Below the pieces are notes generated by a model. The model did not search any database. It was not told where the DNA came from and saw nothing but the letters and a program-made list of their open reading frames with translations. Of a stretch of DNA of 64,000 nt, positions 63,505-64,000 are shown piece by piece; position 1 is the stretch's first letter; every line of letters starts with the position of its first letter. Location of the stretch: positions 220,549 to 284,548 of the forward strand of contig CAVYYM010000033.1 of the NCBI GenBank assembly GCA_963772715.1, read 5' to 3'. Source of the stretch: an uncultured Bacteroidota bacterium (lineage in GTDB: Bacteria; Bacteroidota; Bacteroidia; Bacteroidales; VadinHA17). A program made the translations under genes and the position numbers.

Positions 63505-63595
63505 CAGGATACTCTTCGTTCCCTCCGCCGGCATTATCCGGATCAGGTTTTAAGGGTATGATCTCAGCCTGTAATATTAAGGCACCCCATTTTCA
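63505..63595 (-). promoter_or_regulatory. TPP (THI-box) riboswitch
   Basis: The minus strand reads GGGGUGCCUUAAUAUUACAGGCUGAGAUCAUACCCUUAAAACCUGAUCCGGAUAAUGCCGGCGGAGGGAACG. It matches the TPP aptamer consensus closely (GGGGUGC..GCUGAGA..ACCC..ACCUGAUCyGGAUAAUGCCrGCG.AGGGA). It ends about 55 nt upstream of the receptor ATG. Confidence 0.92.
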
Positions 63596-63666
63596 GAAAG
63601 CACAAAGTTAAAAACCTTTTCCCTGTATTGCAATTTTTTTTAAATTAGCATGGAAAAAACTGATCT

Positions 63667-64000
63667 ATGAAAGAGCTTCTGACCAAGCTGAATTACAAAG
63701 GACAGCTAAGAATTGCGGTTATCAACGCTGAACAGTCATTCTATAAGGCTGTAGCAAAAGAGCTTAAAGGCATTATAACCGACGATGACATCGACCAGCG
63801 CTGTCCATATGAGTTCATGATAGTGTTTGTAAAATCGATTGCCGAAGTTGACCTGCTTGCTCCTGTTGCGCTGCATAACCTTACCGCTGATGGAGTATTG
63901 TGGTTCTGTTACCCGAAGAAAAGCTCTAAAAAATACTCTTCCAGCCTGGAGCGCGACAAGGGATGGAAAGCGCTTAATGAAGCAGGTTTTCACGGGATAA
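63667..64000 (+). CDS. Hypothetical protein, 5' part only (runs off the window end)
   Basis: Absent from the ORF track because there is no stop in the window. Manual translation gives MKELLTKLNYKGQLRIAVINAEQSFYKAVAKELKGIITDDDIDQRCPYEFMIVFVKSIAEVDLLAPVALHNLTADGVLWFCYPKKSSKKYSSSLERDKGWKALNEAGFHGI... with no stop. The minus-strand ORF 63736..63993 is its shadow. Confidence 0.5.
   Translation, partial: MKELLTKLNYKGQLRIAVINAEQSFYKAVAKELKGIITDDDIDQRCPYEFMIVFVKSIAEVDLLAPVALHNLTADGVLWFCYPKKSSKKYSSSLERDKGWKALNEAGFHGI

Overview
This is a chromosomal segment from a Bacteroidota-type genome. Supporting features are gldD/gldE, T9SS type A and B C-terminal sorting domains, TAnnTTTG-type -7 boxes, no tuf between fusA and rpsJ, and an EF-G2-type paralog. 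The core of the window is an uninterrupted str/S10/spc/alpha ribosomal supercluster on the minus strand, rpsL through rplQ (23.8-41.7 kb). I recovered rpmJ and rpmD by hand because both fall below the ORF-track cutoff. Flanking genes are housekeeping: rng, hup, ssb, ychF, hisS, eno, a UbiD-family decarboxylase and a UvrD-like helicase. There is also a TetR-regulated RND efflux operon and an ECF sigma / anti-sigma / periplasmic-protein triad. I found no tRNA, rRNA, CRISPR array, transposase, integrase or phage gene. Four observations go beyond routine annotation. (1) At least nine intergenic loci carry hairpins whose two arms are tandem arrays of degenerate 7-10 nt units, and three unit families recur at separate loci. 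(2) The 580-nt eno/ubiD spacer holds a roughly 0.5-kb GC-rich, tetraloop-rich region with its own -7 box and terminator; I could not assign it to any RNA class. (3) A canonical TPP riboswitch heads a thiamine uptake and salvage operon (TonB-dependent receptor, PnuC-like transporter, thiamine pyrophosphokinase) that carries at least 12 frame disruptions. (4) Frame disruptions are very unevenly distributed: none in about 19 kb of ribosomal genes, but dense in 14.4-19.9 kb and 59.7-63.5 kb. That pattern fits either real gene decay or non-uniform assembly error. All frameshift calls come from manual three-frame translation and family-level recognition, not database searches.
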